A stretch of 64,000 bases of DNA, taken from NCBI GenBank assembly GCA_040954595.2, contig CM082595.2, positions 2,110,635 to 2,174,634 on the forward strand, given 5' to 3'. Source of the DNA: Balanoglossus misakiensis. Lineage: Eukaryota; Animalia; Hemichordata. A model generated the notes under the pieces. That model ran no database searches and was not told where the DNA came from. It saw nothing but the letters and a program-made list of their open reading frames with translations. Each line of letters opens with the position of its first letter. Positions within the stretch are counted from its first letter, which is position 1. Below are positions 38,098 through 51,386 of the stretch, one piece after another. A program made the position numbers and the translations under genes.

Positions 38098-40100
38098 GGT
38101 AGCAGAACTACTGATCGTTCGGTGCCTAATGTACTATTGTGCTATCATTAGCCGTTCCAGAACTATGGTTTCGTACACTGTATTTTTAGAAGTAATACGC
38201 TCAGTACAAGTTCTGGCTTGTTAAGTTATATACATGTACTTCCTGCTTGACATCCGGGTATTCAAACGTGAAGTTTGCGAAACTTACAGCGTATCATGCA
38301 TATATGTACGTTGCACAGTTGGCAAGATCTTTACTGTACCAATGCCTTTTCTTCGGATTTTCGGCTACTGCTATTTCGAAGATTTTCAAAACCTCTCGAC
38401 TCTTTAAATTTCAACCAATTTAACCACATTTTACAATAACATCATTGAGATTAATTAAATAAGCAAAAATTAATAATGTATATTAATATAATTAGCCTGT
38501 TCGGTCTCTATTTTCCGACATGTTTCCACTGTTGTGTGCAGCAGTTTAGGAAAACCCATATGCCAGGGATCAGTTTCCTTATATGATATACCTTCATAAA
38601 CGCAATACAGTAACCACACTCAGTGTTATCCAGACGAATATATTCTTACAGTTGCAGTAAAACTGCATTGCATCGAAGTCACTTCCCCGCAAGTTCATCC
38701 TTTCTCATCCATCCATCGGGCTAAAAAAAACCTCGCGGAGACTGGGATAACCCTTCAATATGGTTGCTTCGCGACCATCAGATACTGTTGATAACCTCAC
38801 CAAGTAAACAGAACTATATTTTCCAAACTTACTTGTGAAATATAACTAACACTCAGCTCCAATTCCGATCGCTGACAGCAAATTGGTGCAGGAGTATGCG
38901 CGTGTATTGGATGGATAGCTCCAAACGGACAAATACTAGAATGATTTTAAGGAAATTATAATGAAAGTGTATCCCATATGTCCAATACTAAAACTGACAA
39001 ACACACTCCAACATACAAAGTGTATTGACCTGCATGTAATTGGTATACGCTACAGACCCTGGGAGACACACATACACGCCGATTCGCACAAAAAGCCCCT
39101 AGTATTAGACACAGGTATATTTCGCTGAAAGGGGAAAAGTTTCTTTGCTTTGAGACAATTTCGCATTTCACAGTTCAAGAACTTGTTGTTTTTCATGTTG
39201 AAACACGCTGAACTGTCAGTCAAGGTCTGCTGCTCATAACACGAGTCACATTTCAGCTTGGCACAATGGAGCCATAACCATAAAATGCTAAATGACAATA
39301 TTTTGGTATTTTTGGTATACATAAATAGACTAGTATGGGATGAAGCAACTGGCTTCAGTGAGCAAAATAATATTTATCCCATTTAAAAACAAATAATCCG
39401 ATTGAGACTGTCAAAAGTTCATGTAATGTCAGATGGTTAAAAATATTACAAAATTTGCAAAATTGATATTAATGCTTGATGGCAATAGACTGGGTGAGGT
39501 CCCTGTTTTTGCCTTGGTAACGGCAGGTTTTAAGTGATACGTGGCAATTTGACGGCGGGTATTCATATCTAAACATAGAATATGCATTTATTATCGGAAC
39601 ACAGGGCGATACCATTGCACTGGAGGGGTGTATGCGTTCGCGAATAATATTTTTAATAATAGTTAACAGCTGGAAACACGTAGATATATCAAAAACTCAG
39701 GATCATCAAAATCATGACTACTGTTAGGATTAAATAGGCGTTCCTGTAAACAGTCATTTCTGAATGGCATACTTGTATTATTATTTTTTATATTGAATTA
39801 TGACCAGCCAAACATTTCATGAATAAGTGATATACATTGTATATGTTGATTTATAGCCTTCGCCGTAATGCTAGGACAGACCACCCCTCTGTTCATAGTA
39901 GTTCAGTCCATGTCAATTTCACGATTCACACGGAATCGTGAGAACATATGATACGCCAAGCCGTTGACACATTTTGTGATGAAATATGAATTCTGAAATG
40001 TACTAACGGGATAACCCCGGCTAACGTATTTTATGTTTTGGTGAAATAATCCTTGATCTCCGTTGCTATAGAAGGTCACTGGCCTGTGTTTGTTAAAACC

Positions 40101-42463
40101 ATGGCCTCCGGGAACTTGGTTGTTTTTGGTGCGTGCTTAATTTTGTCGTTCGTCTGCGAGCCTGCTAATTCCGACGAGACCGGCGATCCGTTTTTCAAAC
40201 TATCAGAAGGCCGTCCGTACAAGTCGTACGAGTTTACCGTCATCGTGAACGCGAGGCGACAAGAATGTTTTCATCAGTACGTCAGAGCAGACTCTAAACT
40301 CAATGTCGACTTTGAGGTAAGACACAGTGCTACTTAAATATGTCAACTTAAACCACAGTAACATGCTTTGCCAATGAAAAACACGTGTATGAGACCTGGA
40401 TACAGGCTTCTGTACCTAAATACACAGTAGCGGTGTTAAAATCGGCAATTTCTGCTTCTCGAAATGGCCATTACCATACGACATTAAGTATTAAATGTTT
40501 CAATTATTTTAATAACATCTTGTATATCGGAGAACGAAAATAATTAACCTCGGTGCGGAATTTATTGAACACGATATTGATAAATTCCTGAGGCGAAATT
40601 TCAATTGACATTCCTAAATATCGATGAAACAATCTTCGGGAAAATTATGAAAAAAGTTGAATAATTAATGTAAATATAGTATTAGAATGAACACGTATTT
40701 AAAAGGGCGGGGGACACGTGCGTATGCTATTGAATGTTACTGATAATTGCGGCTGTTATTGATAATGGCCAGCTGTTATCACAAATAATAGATGACAGAC
40801 AAATGAACAGGGTAACCTTGGCAACGCTTTGACAAAAGCACGTTTAACTGATTCTGGACGTACAAGTCTCCAGAAAGGGCATATGTATTTTTTTAACGTG
40901 AAGAGGGAACTCTGTTTTTCGGTATAAGCTCGTGTTTCGCCTTTTCATATGCATGTAACATAAACCGGCGATCACTTATCAGGGGTATCAGCCTACATAT
41001 GGCAGTTCCCATGCCTGATGCGTTCGTGAAAATTACCATACTAGAATAACAATTTAGAAAGAGCTGAATATTCCTTCAGATGACCATAGGCGGCGCGCTT
41101 TTTCGCATGGCCACCCAGAAAATTGCCTATGACAAAAGCAAGAAAGAAAAGATATCCACAAATAAATATCGTTTTGCTTATATTTCTGGCAACTCCGGTG
41201 TCCATTATTGTATTATGAATAATAATGAGCGTTATCAAGCTGACGCGTTTATTTATACATGTACATTAAACAATATTAGCTATTATTTGTTCACCTATAA
41301 TGTATGTTCGCATGTACAGACAATACCTCAATGTTTACTCTTAATTATCATGAACAACAAGCACGATTGTCCCAGATTGCACGTTAAACCATAAAGACGT
41401 TGCTAAAACTAGTTTTCAAGGTAAACGAACTAAGGGTATCACGATGTTGTACAAACACGTTTGAAATGTCATAAGATTACTGAAATATAAGAAGGCTTAT
41501 ATTGGCATGAATTTAAGTCTACGTTGGTAAATTATTCATTCTAATATCCAAAATGCACGTTAATACTCCCAGGATTTTTATTTTAACTCCCACGCTGCCT
41601 AAACCCACGAATGCATTGATTCTTGATTTCTATCAGTCCTGCAAACCTAAGACGAATTTTAGAATTTTTTTCTTTCCCCATGGACACACTGAAACCAGTA
41701 TCATCACTAGGGCCAATCAAAACATAAAGCTTTGATCATATTTTAACTCCCACGCTGCCTAAACCCACGAATGCATTGATTCTTGATTTCTATCAGTCCT
41801 GCAAACCTAAGACGAATTTTAGAATTTTTTTCTTTCCCCATGGACACACTGAAACCAGTATCATCACTAGGGCCAATCAAAACATAAAGCTTTGATCAGA
41901 ATAGAATTAATCCCTAAATCAGCTCACTTTTGATGTCTTTTCTCGCAGCACTTTCAACCACTTATCAACCAACGCGAACAATATTACTAACCTTTAAAAA
42001 AAATGAAAAAAGTAGACCAGTTCATATTTCTTTCTTTTTTATTTCCAGCTACTGGATTCTGGCAAAGGTTACACGATTGATTTTTACATTAGAGGCCCAA
42101 CTGGTCGGTCGATATTTTCAAAACCTGGACAAGATGAAAGTTCCTTCAGCTCGCTTATCAATGAAGAAGGTAAGATCAGGCCACGTCCATGACCCCTATA
42201 TGATTTATCGACTCTCCAACAAGACATTAGTCTATACACGGACGTTCTGGATATATTTACTGAGTTTTTTTCTTGTTTCGCAGGTGTTTATACGATTTGT
42301 TTAGACAACGGCTTCAGTCGTTTCACTCACAAGAAGGTCTATCTGGAACTGTCTGTGTTTCAACGAGCTGAATGGAAGCGGTATGTGCAAGAGCAAGTGA
42401 AGAGAGAAAAGGAAGAGCAGGATATTCTAGAAGCTGGTGACAATGTGACTGTAAGCTTTGCTC

Positions 42464-42502
<39 letters not shown>

Positions 42503-42942
42503 GCCTGTCTGTCTGCCTGTCTGTCCGTCTGTATACACATGTACATGTGCACGGATACGCATGCACATGCACATGCACATGCAGATATATGGGTACGGAA
42601 CCAAAGTTTATTTTGACAACCATACCTACTAGTAACTTATAGGTGTAACAAAGATTGGACTTTACAAATAACCAATACTCATCGTGTTATTCACAGGAAA
42701 CCATTCTTGAAAGACTGGACTACATTTCCGAAAACCTGGACGACGCTCTGACGAAACAGACTTACAGTCGGAGGATAGCCATACGTGACTGGCACCTCTC
42801 GCAGGCAAACAACGAATACGTTCAAAAGTGGTCCATTGCACAGTGCGCTGTCATCATCACAGCCTCTGTTTGTCAAGTCTATTTTCTCAGACGGATGTTT
42901 AATATTAAGACAGTGACACCAACACAGAAGCCGAGAGCGTGA
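40101..42942 (+). CDS. p24/TMED GOLD-domain cargo receptor, TMED6-like, copy A
   Basis: Signal peptide, RRQECFHQ...YTICLDN GOLD cysteines, coiled coil, VQKWSIAQC TM, YFLRRMF..TQKPRA* tail (TMED6 tail recalled as KKPRC). Approximate exons: 40101-40316, 42050-42169, 42285-42450, 42696-42942. Confidence 0.85.
41579..41898. repeat. Perfect 160-bp tandem duplication in intron 1 of TMED copy A
   Basis: 41579-41738 appears identical to 41739-41898. Confidence 0.95.
42466..42582. repeat. (TCTG)n microsatellite followed by ACATGC/ACATGT repeats
   Basis: Read directly from sequence; intronic. Confidence 0.9.
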
Positions 42943-43772
42943 TCGTCAGCTTGCCATTACTAGCATTTCGTTTTTATTTACTTTTGAATATTTGTATTGT
43001 TCTTGAAAATCGTGCCTTAATAACAGCTATTATTAATAACGAAGTACATTTCGTACTTTTTGCTCTATATTAGATTCCGGGTGACTTTGCATGTATATCT
43101 TATAATATTTAGCATGTCATTACATGTCATCGACATTTCATATATACAAGAGGTGGACAGACAGACAGAGGAAGGTGTGTATTTAATGTGTGTGCGCGGA
43201 AATTTCACTGTCGCCTATAGCAAATGTTGGTGTAGAGTTCAAGCACTTCTACTGGTCTACCACATTCTCCATATACAACTTCCTCGAGGTAATAAACGGG
43301 TGCTATAGCCCTCCTAACCGGGCAATATGTGTTCAGTATACCCTGAAATATAGCGGCATGGTGTGATAAGTTTATAAATGGAATATTTTCACTTTGTAAA
43401 CATATTATGAACTAAATAAACGAAGAAACAAAAACAACCAAATAAATAATTCTACATCTCATTGCTTGTGACGTGACGATTGGCGATTCGACAGTGTGTA
43501 TTTGACATCGCTATGTATAGAGTATATGAAATACTATCATCAGAATACTGGAAGATACCATTACAGCCTCAGTGCCCCTTTCGCATAGTGGATTAGTCTG
43601 TTTTAATTTATTGCAGTTTGTGCCGAATATAGTACAAAACGTACTCTGAGGCAAAAATATGATTAACTCACATAACACAGACAGGACCAGTCGGGGAGCA
43701 CGATATTTTGTGAATATCAGATCGCTCCAACTGTTGCGCTATTAAGGTGGACAATTTGCGTTTCTGGGAGTC

Positions 43773-45286
43773 ATGGTTACTTTGAACTGGATGGCTTTTG
43801 CCATATGTTTTATAATGTCATCCTTCTTAGAGCCAATACACACAGAAGTGAGCGGAGATCCTTTAAACTTATTCACTAGTCTTGACGGACGCCCGTATAC
43901 CTCTTACGCCTTTACCGTTATAGTACCTGCAAGAAATCAGGATTGTTTTCACCAAGACATCAAGGCCGACTCAAAAGTGAACGTCTTTTTTGAGGTAAGA
44001 AATGCTATTTTGATAATAATTATAATCTTTTAGAACTCGGTTCGTCTCAACAGAGACCATTTGACTGGACATATGCTGCTGTTAGTAATACTGCATAACC
44101 ATAGCTGTACCCACCTATACCAACTCACCCACCCATCCATCCATCGTGCGCGCACACTGGCGATCACTACGTCGGAGAATTATCCATAGGTTTATTTTTG
44201 TCTGAAATGGATTGCAGACAATACAGATCTGACCCAACGTTATTTTATGTCCATGTACACTTACGCTGGTACCTCTTTCAAATTATATACCCCGCGCTAC
44301 ACATGAACACGGTGCGTGAATATAAACTCATTACTGCAAAACATTTATTTAGCAATAAGTTAATAAAACACTCATTGCAGGTATCAACAAAATGGTGCAA
44401 GAAGACTTTTAACCATAACTATAACCATTATAGACACCAGTTTGCACCAACCTTCACCTATCTACTCTCTACGTTTCTAATGTTCCAGGTGTTGGAATCA
44501 GCTGGCAGAGCATACACTGTTAACTTCACCATCTACTCACCATACGCTGAAAAATTATATTCAGTTGCAGATGAAAAAGGCTCATTCAATACAACTACAA
44601 CAATAAAAGGTAAGCAAGCTAACATCTTCCGAAAGGGCCACTTATTTGACTTTTCAGTTTAGTGTCCTCCACCAGTCAGATATGGTTTAAAAAAAAGACA
44701 GTTTCAAACGATGTACTTGCTCTTTCTGTTTTCAGGTGTATATTCATTTTGCATCGACAACAGACACAGTAGATTCACACAGAAAAGAGTATACATGGAA
44801 ATGACAATAAACAACAGAAAAGAATGGAAGCAATTAATACAACAGAAGATGAAAATGGAGGAGGAACTTCTCGAAGTGAATAAAACAGCTGTAAGTGGTT
44901 CTTTCTCTTTTGTGTATGCAGACGGTGTTTTGCATTGTGTGCGAGTGGAGGGTGTATAGAAAACTACTTTGGGACAATTTAATCCTTTGATAATCGCAAT
45001 GAAAGTGAACTTTACCGAATATCCTGTTCTATTTTCGCAGGAAGCTATGCTGGATAGAATCGATTATATTTCTGACATTCTGGATGAGATTTTAACTGTA
45101 CAGGTGACGAGTAGAATGAACAGTTTACGAGACTGGTATCTTGCCAGGGCCAATAACGTATACGTTCAAAGGTGGTCTATAGCACAGTGTCTTATTATCA
45201 TTACATCTTCCATCTGTCAAGTTTATTTCCTGAGACGAATGTTTCGTGTGAAAAACCTGACGCCGACGCAGAAGCCGCGAGCGTGA
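43773..45286 (+). CDS. p24/TMED GOLD-domain cargo receptor, TMED6-like, copy B
   Basis: Same 4-exon structure as copy A (about 43773-43994, 44489-44609, 44736-44890, 45040-45286); RNQDCFHQ, YSFCIDN, VQRWSIAQC, YFLRRMF..TQKPRA*. Confidence 0.85.
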
Positions 45287-45654
45287 TCATCAACTTGTCT
45301 CCTGACTACTTGTATGACTTCTAAAAACATGGATATACTTCATTCAGTTGACTTTGGAATGATTAATTTCGCTAGTATGGAACTTTGAACTGTATAATTA
45401 AATTAAAATACAAGAAAGCATTTCGCTTAATTGCATATTTTTTCAATAGTATTTGTTTCAAACTTGCGAGCATATTAATTTGTCGGGAGGATAGATGTAG
45501 TATTGAACGTTGAGGGCGTTGACGAACCCCAGAGTAATTATTCAAAATGGCGCTGTGAAGTGAGGAAGACAGTGTTATCATCAGCGATAATTTTTCCCAG
45601 TTAACGTCTAAAGCGGTTTCAATTGCTTGTCATGTAAGCCGAAAAGCCAGAACA

Positions 45655-48600
45655 ATGTCAAGCGAACGCTTGAGGCTAAAAGATAGGATTTTGGACCGAA
45701 TAGCGAGGGCTATCAAGGAGGTAAGAATCTTATATTTCGCTGTTGTAACGTCTGCACAGAAGGCAATTTACATAGAATGGGTATACATATGACGTTCAAC
45801 TCAGTCCCGTGTACATACCGCCTACCGGTAGAGTGGTGATCTGTTTACGTTTTGAATGTGCGGAATTGGCATATAAAAGATCATATGTCAGTTATATGAA
45901 CGGACGCCGTTTATAGTTGCGCAGTCTTAACATTTTTACTGCGTATTGAACTCGTGACAGTGTACATGTATGATGTATGTACATTGTATACCATTATTGT
46001 ATGCCACACATCCAGCGTGCGTCATATATTACAATGTACCTGCTCAGACTGCAGGGTAATAGTACCTTTGACCCAAAAAGGTCAGCCATGTACATCTAAT
46101 AATTATCATCATTATGACATGATGATTAACTCAAAATGCATGTAAATTACGTGTAAAGCTCTCACAGATATTTATCAACGATGACATGGATCTGACTCGA
46201 GGTGTCAGATTTCTTTGGTTGTAATGGATTATGTCTCAATTCAATACAGTACAGCATTATTTTGTTTGTTGAATATACTCTTAGATCCAAGGCCTACAGC
46301 TTGGTGCTACAAATGACACTCTGGTGCTGAACCATGAAGTAAGACCAGTACAGAAATTGATTGAACATTTAGACCATGCGTTATTACATGGGTGAGTGGA
46401 TGTATTATTTCTATTCACTATTACCAGCGTTTCGAGTTTCCTTCACTGTTGAGAAATAATTGACATATCTCTGTATGTGTATCATATTCCAGTCTGCGTA
46501 GGGTCTCATCCGGCTACTGGCTGGTTGTCCCGCATTTTACAAGGAAAGATGTCATCCGGCAGATTTCCCTATTACCCAACATAACAACTGACCTAGGCAG
46601 AGGTATGTATCACTGTTATCTTCTGTCATTGTTTGTTTGCTATAAGATCTTTCTTCTTGTCAAGCAATTGATTTGATTTTGTCAACCAACATCTGGTTTG
46701 TGATTTCTCTTCTCCACCAGGTCGTGCGTGGTTGTACATTGCTCTGAATGAAAGTGTTATGGAGAGCTACTTGAAGTGCATCATTGAAAACAAGAAACTG
46801 ATTCGAAAATACTATGTGGAGTAAGTTTTCAGAGTTCTCTTTCTACAAGATTCATGACTTTGTATTGTGATGTAAATAGATCCTGTAACTACCATCATCA
46901 ACAGGCGTACATACATACATTATTTTTTGCAATTTTATCTTTGATAATTATTTGATTATTTCTTATTCTGAACAGGCATGCCATAATGAGAGATAATGAA
47001 AGACTACAGGTTCTTCAGACCCTGACAGCTGGCTTGGATTTTGTGACCTTTGACCTAGACCTGGTAAGTGTCCCAATATGGTTGTTTCTATGATATGTAT
47101 TTCACTGTACATCATAGCAGACAATGCACTGTCATCTATGATTTGTTTTATTTTTGCAGAGTGTACCCTATTTAGACTTGGCCAGTTACCTGCCACGGAA
47201 GAAAAAGCCAGACCCTGATGAAGAGTACGACAGGATCTCGCATCACAGTATAGACACCATGTCGGAAAGCTCGTACACAAGCGGTGTCCAGGAAGACATC
47301 AGCTCACAGTTCAGCGAACATACAGTGACTACACCCAGCGATGAGACCTCGTCGTTATCCTCCAGAGATTTCGACGCCATGTCGTCGGATTTCGGGTTTC
47401 AAAGCCTTGCCAGCAATGATACAATTTTCAATCGTGAAGACAGTGTTGACTCCCAAGTCTCTACAACAAAGGACGCTGTAGACCCCCTAGTTGAGGAAGG
47501 AAAAGTCGCACAAGAAGATGAGAAGTATGAAAGTACAGAGTATAAGCCACAAAGGCCGACTTCCCTCGGACATGTGTTTCGCAGCAACCGTATTGACAGT
47601 CTGACTGAAGCGATCAGCGGACAAACAAACTTAGAGGTAATCCACCTTAATGGAAAGAAAATTAAGAAGGGAAAGAAGAAGAGGAAATCACCTGTGGGCA
47701 AAGTTGCTGTGAATACATTTGATGAGTGTCTGTCACAGAGTAATGACTTGAAAGTAGTTGTGGAAGAAGCAGTTGTTTGGGGTGGACCTACTAAACCGAC
47801 ATCCAATGAGAAAGATCGGAAATCTTTGTCAGCCAATCACGTAACAGAAAAAATACCTGCTGAAGAGATGCTAGCAAAACCAGCCAATCAGAATGACTTG
47901 TCAGCTGTCAATCAAAATGGCTTGCCCAATCAGATTGGTGATAAGAGTAGAACAACCAATGAGGTGGAAGACTTGACTGGTTTAGATGCACATGTGATGA
48001 ATGTGAAGAGAAAGCTAGCAAACCAGGCAGCTATACTTCAGGGTGGGAACCCACAGGACTTGAAACAAAAGGACATTGAAACTTATGAGAGTGTAGGAAA
48101 ACTTTCTCTTGGCCCAAACTTAGAGAATGTTGATAGGAATAAAATATCGGATTGTATATATCAAAGTGATATAAACGACAGTGGTTATGTAGATCAGAAT
48201 TTGTCAGATGCTATGGAATCAGAAAGCACTGGGCAAGTGAAGAGTGACACAAAGTTGGCAGTCTCCCAAGTGAATGAATCTGCAACTCTGCCGGATGATA
48301 ATGTCAGTGACGATGATAGAACACTCAGATCGGATTCTGTGAAAGTGGCAACTAAAAATTTACAGATCTCGGGAAAAGATCCGGATTCTCAAGGTTCACA
48401 GGAGAGAGATGAAGAGGAAAAGAAGAAAGACAAAGAGAAGGAAATCAGGAGTTTGAAAAATGATCTCGCCGAAAGTGATGATTGCAAAATGGAAATTAGT
48501 CACGAAGCTGATATGAAGTATAAAGTGATGGAGCTAGTAGTTTCTCTGTATCAAAATTCTGAAACTTCATACATGTAGATTAGAGCACATCTATCTACTA

Positions 48601-51386
48601 CGTAATCTTTCATCTGGTTCACTCATTCCCTAACTTATTTTCCAGGATTGACAACAACACCAAACTACACCTGATGTTGGAAGTTTTTAAGAATGAAAGT
48701 GAAGAATTCCAGAAAGTAAGTTTTGTATGAGAAAACTTTGGTGTTGAACTTCTGCATTTAGTTTTTGGTGTACATCATTCTTGACATGGTTTTGACTGCG
48801 GAATTATTTTTGATTTCAGTTGATTCGTATGACTACTGGACATATGGAAGGGGAAATAGAAGCTGTGTTTATTTTATTGACAGATCAGTCGTTGTATCTT
48901 CTGAGAAGAGGTGAGTATGTTGAACAATTGGAATGTGTCTCATGACATATCTCTTCTTAGTGCAATGTGGTATGTATATATGTTGAGATGACAAGGAAGT
49001 TATCTTTGTCACTAGGTGGGAGTTCGACTACATTCTACACAGAAGCTGTCTTACCTTACAATGACCTTGACTACTTATCTGTGAGTACCAAATTTAAATC
49101 ATTTAAACCTTTTCAAGTTGTGTGCGTTCCAGTTGGCTGTTGCCATAGTGATGTTGCCGTGATAGTTACATGGAAAACTGTGATTTGGCTAGAATGAACG
49201 TAATTGTTCATTATTCATTTTCCATATCTTGTCGTAGGTTGGTGTCAACTATCAAAGTATAACATTAGTCTGTACAAACAGAAGAAACCAGTATTGGTTA
49301 ACAACTGGTGATGAAGCATTGACAAGGTAAACCTAAAATTCTCACAAGTTATAGCTGTACGTTCTTCAACCTTTGACTGCTGGTGACGGCTAAGGGTTAA
49401 CATGATGTATAATGTTCCTTCAACAGATATTTTCTGTCAGTGCTGGTGAAAGTTATGGAACAAGGAAGTCGGACCAGAGAGCTTCCCAGTGTTCTGAGAG
49501 ATGCAACAACTCAGTACATTGCTATCAAGAAATTTATTGCACAGGAACGCAGATGTGAGGTAGGTCAAAAGATATTTTAACAGCAGTGTTTCAGTCCAAA
49601 TAAATGTTTTATACCAAAGACCTACATATCAAAGAAAGTCAGTTATGTTTCAGTTTTGTCTGTCTGTCTGACAGATGTTCGTTATATATTTTGTTTTACA
49701 GGTATCAGATGCAAGTCTTATGTTGTATTCATTAGTACACTGGGAAGATTTAAGTCTGAAGCGTGCTCATGATGTTCCCAAAGCACACTCACTTTATAAA
49801 GAAGGTGCATTGCTGTACAAAGCGTGGGATGGCAGCTATCTCTTTGGTAGCTATACATGGAAACCAGGATTTTTTCTTCTGAGGTGAGTGTCTGTGTGTG
49901 GGGGGATGACAGGCAGATAGATGGACGGACAAATAGGCAAATGACCAGAATAAGTTAATGTGTAGCGTGGGATGGACGTTACTTCTTTGGTGGCTATGTT
50001 TTGCTTTAATAATTTTTTACAACAGACGTTTCATCTGTCAATGTTTGTTTTCCTTTGCCAGGAATGGTATGTTTTACAGACTTTTGCACAGAAATGATGG
50101 AGTTCCTCAACTAGCAGTGTCACTCAAGTAAGTATCTACCAAACGTCTCTTTAAGACACTGGAAGTGTCTATCCAGTTGTAGTGAATTGAAACACTAGAC
50201 AGTTGTGATTTACAAGTACAGTACTGTGCTGTCAATGCTTGCATCAGATTGAATGACAGAATTCCAGTAAGATAACAAGATTTGACTTTGCCCCCAGGAG
50301 TTGTGATTTCGGAGGATGTCGTCGTATCCGGGGCGGCGATAAGCCTTACTCGTTTGAACTCATCCTGCCCGACAAATCATCGCTGGAGTTAGCTGCTAAT
50401 GATGACTATGAGGTCTCTGAGTGGCTACATGCTATCTGTTCTGCTGTTTCTATTGGTGTAAGTACTGTGTTGTGTCACATACAGGTTAGGGGAGAACCAT
50501 GTGTTTTCTTGGGAGATAGAGAATTTTGTTTAGGGGGGTTGCCAGATGGTGCAGAGAAATATATATGATATACTCCTTCCACCCCTATTTCCCTGTGTAG
50601 AGGTCCATCTTTACCTTAGAAAACAATGGATTTGGACCAAACCATGGTGGTAAAAGGGTTAATGTGTATCTTATTTTGTCTGTAGATGGAGCAGCATTCC
50701 CCAGTGACATCGCCATGTATTCCCTGCTGTATGATATTAGACAAGCAGAAACTAATCGTGTGCCATGAAGACATTCAGACTGGATTCTTCAGATGTCTTG
50801 GAAGTTGTCGTATTGAAGACATTGGTGGCATATCAGTGGACCCTGCAAACAAATACTACTGTATTGTGGTATGTTGGTCATTCACATTCTATGGTCAATT
50901 CAAAGATTTAAATCTACTGGCAGCCTTTTTTTGCTAGCTTTTTCACTTGAGTCCAGGCAGCACCATCTGGTGTGGGCAGAACCCTCTGTGACTGTGTTCT
51001 TTTAATGTCTTTTGTAGGAGTTTGAAGCTGCAGACATGACTTCAGATCATGAACAGCCGTGGGTGTTGTACTTCAACAGTCCAGTAGAAGAGGCCAAATT
51101 TGAATCAGCGCTTGGAATGGCCTGGAAGGAACTCTTTAAAGTAAGCACAAGAGATTTATAATGTTACATCTGAGAAACAGTAATAAGAACTTTGCTGTGA
51201 TTTAATTCTGCGACCAACTGATGGCTGTTTCTCTCTCTCTCATCACAGGTCGAGGTGCCACTGTTTTTAGTGGACAACAAAGCCATCCAAAGTCGATGCC
51301 GGGAACAGCAGAACTTGTTGCAGACAGCATGGAAGAAGAGCGAAATAGCCATGACCAGGAAAGAATTTGAGGAAATGTTACAGTAA
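45655..51386 (+). CDS. PLEKHM2: Pleckstrin homology domain-containing family M member 2 (SKIP): RUN domain, long linker, PH domains
   Basis: KDRILDRI, EHLDHALLHG, TDLGRGRAWLYIALNE, LTAGLDFVTFDLDLSVPYLDLA, IDNNTKLHLMLEVF, RMTTGHMEG, KEGALLYK..WKPGFFLL, CDFGGCRR; ends EFEEMLQ* at 51386. Confidence 0.9.
50571..50662. mobile_element. Same MITE family, copy in a PLEKHM2 intron
   Basis: CCTTCCACCCC...TTACCTTAGAAAACAATGGATTTGGACCAAACCATGGTGGTAAAAGGG TTAA. Confidence 0.7.

Noticed and set aside
39919-39941. 9-bp hairpin TCACGATTC-ACACG-GAATCGTGA upstream of TMED copy A
   Set aside because: Short enough to arise by chance; no Helitron-type CTRR end or terminator context.
48518-48646. PLEKHM2 intron with a U12-like branch (TTCCCTAAC) near the acceptor
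   Set aside because: The candidate donors (GTATAA, GTATCA) do not match GTATCCTT; treated as U2.
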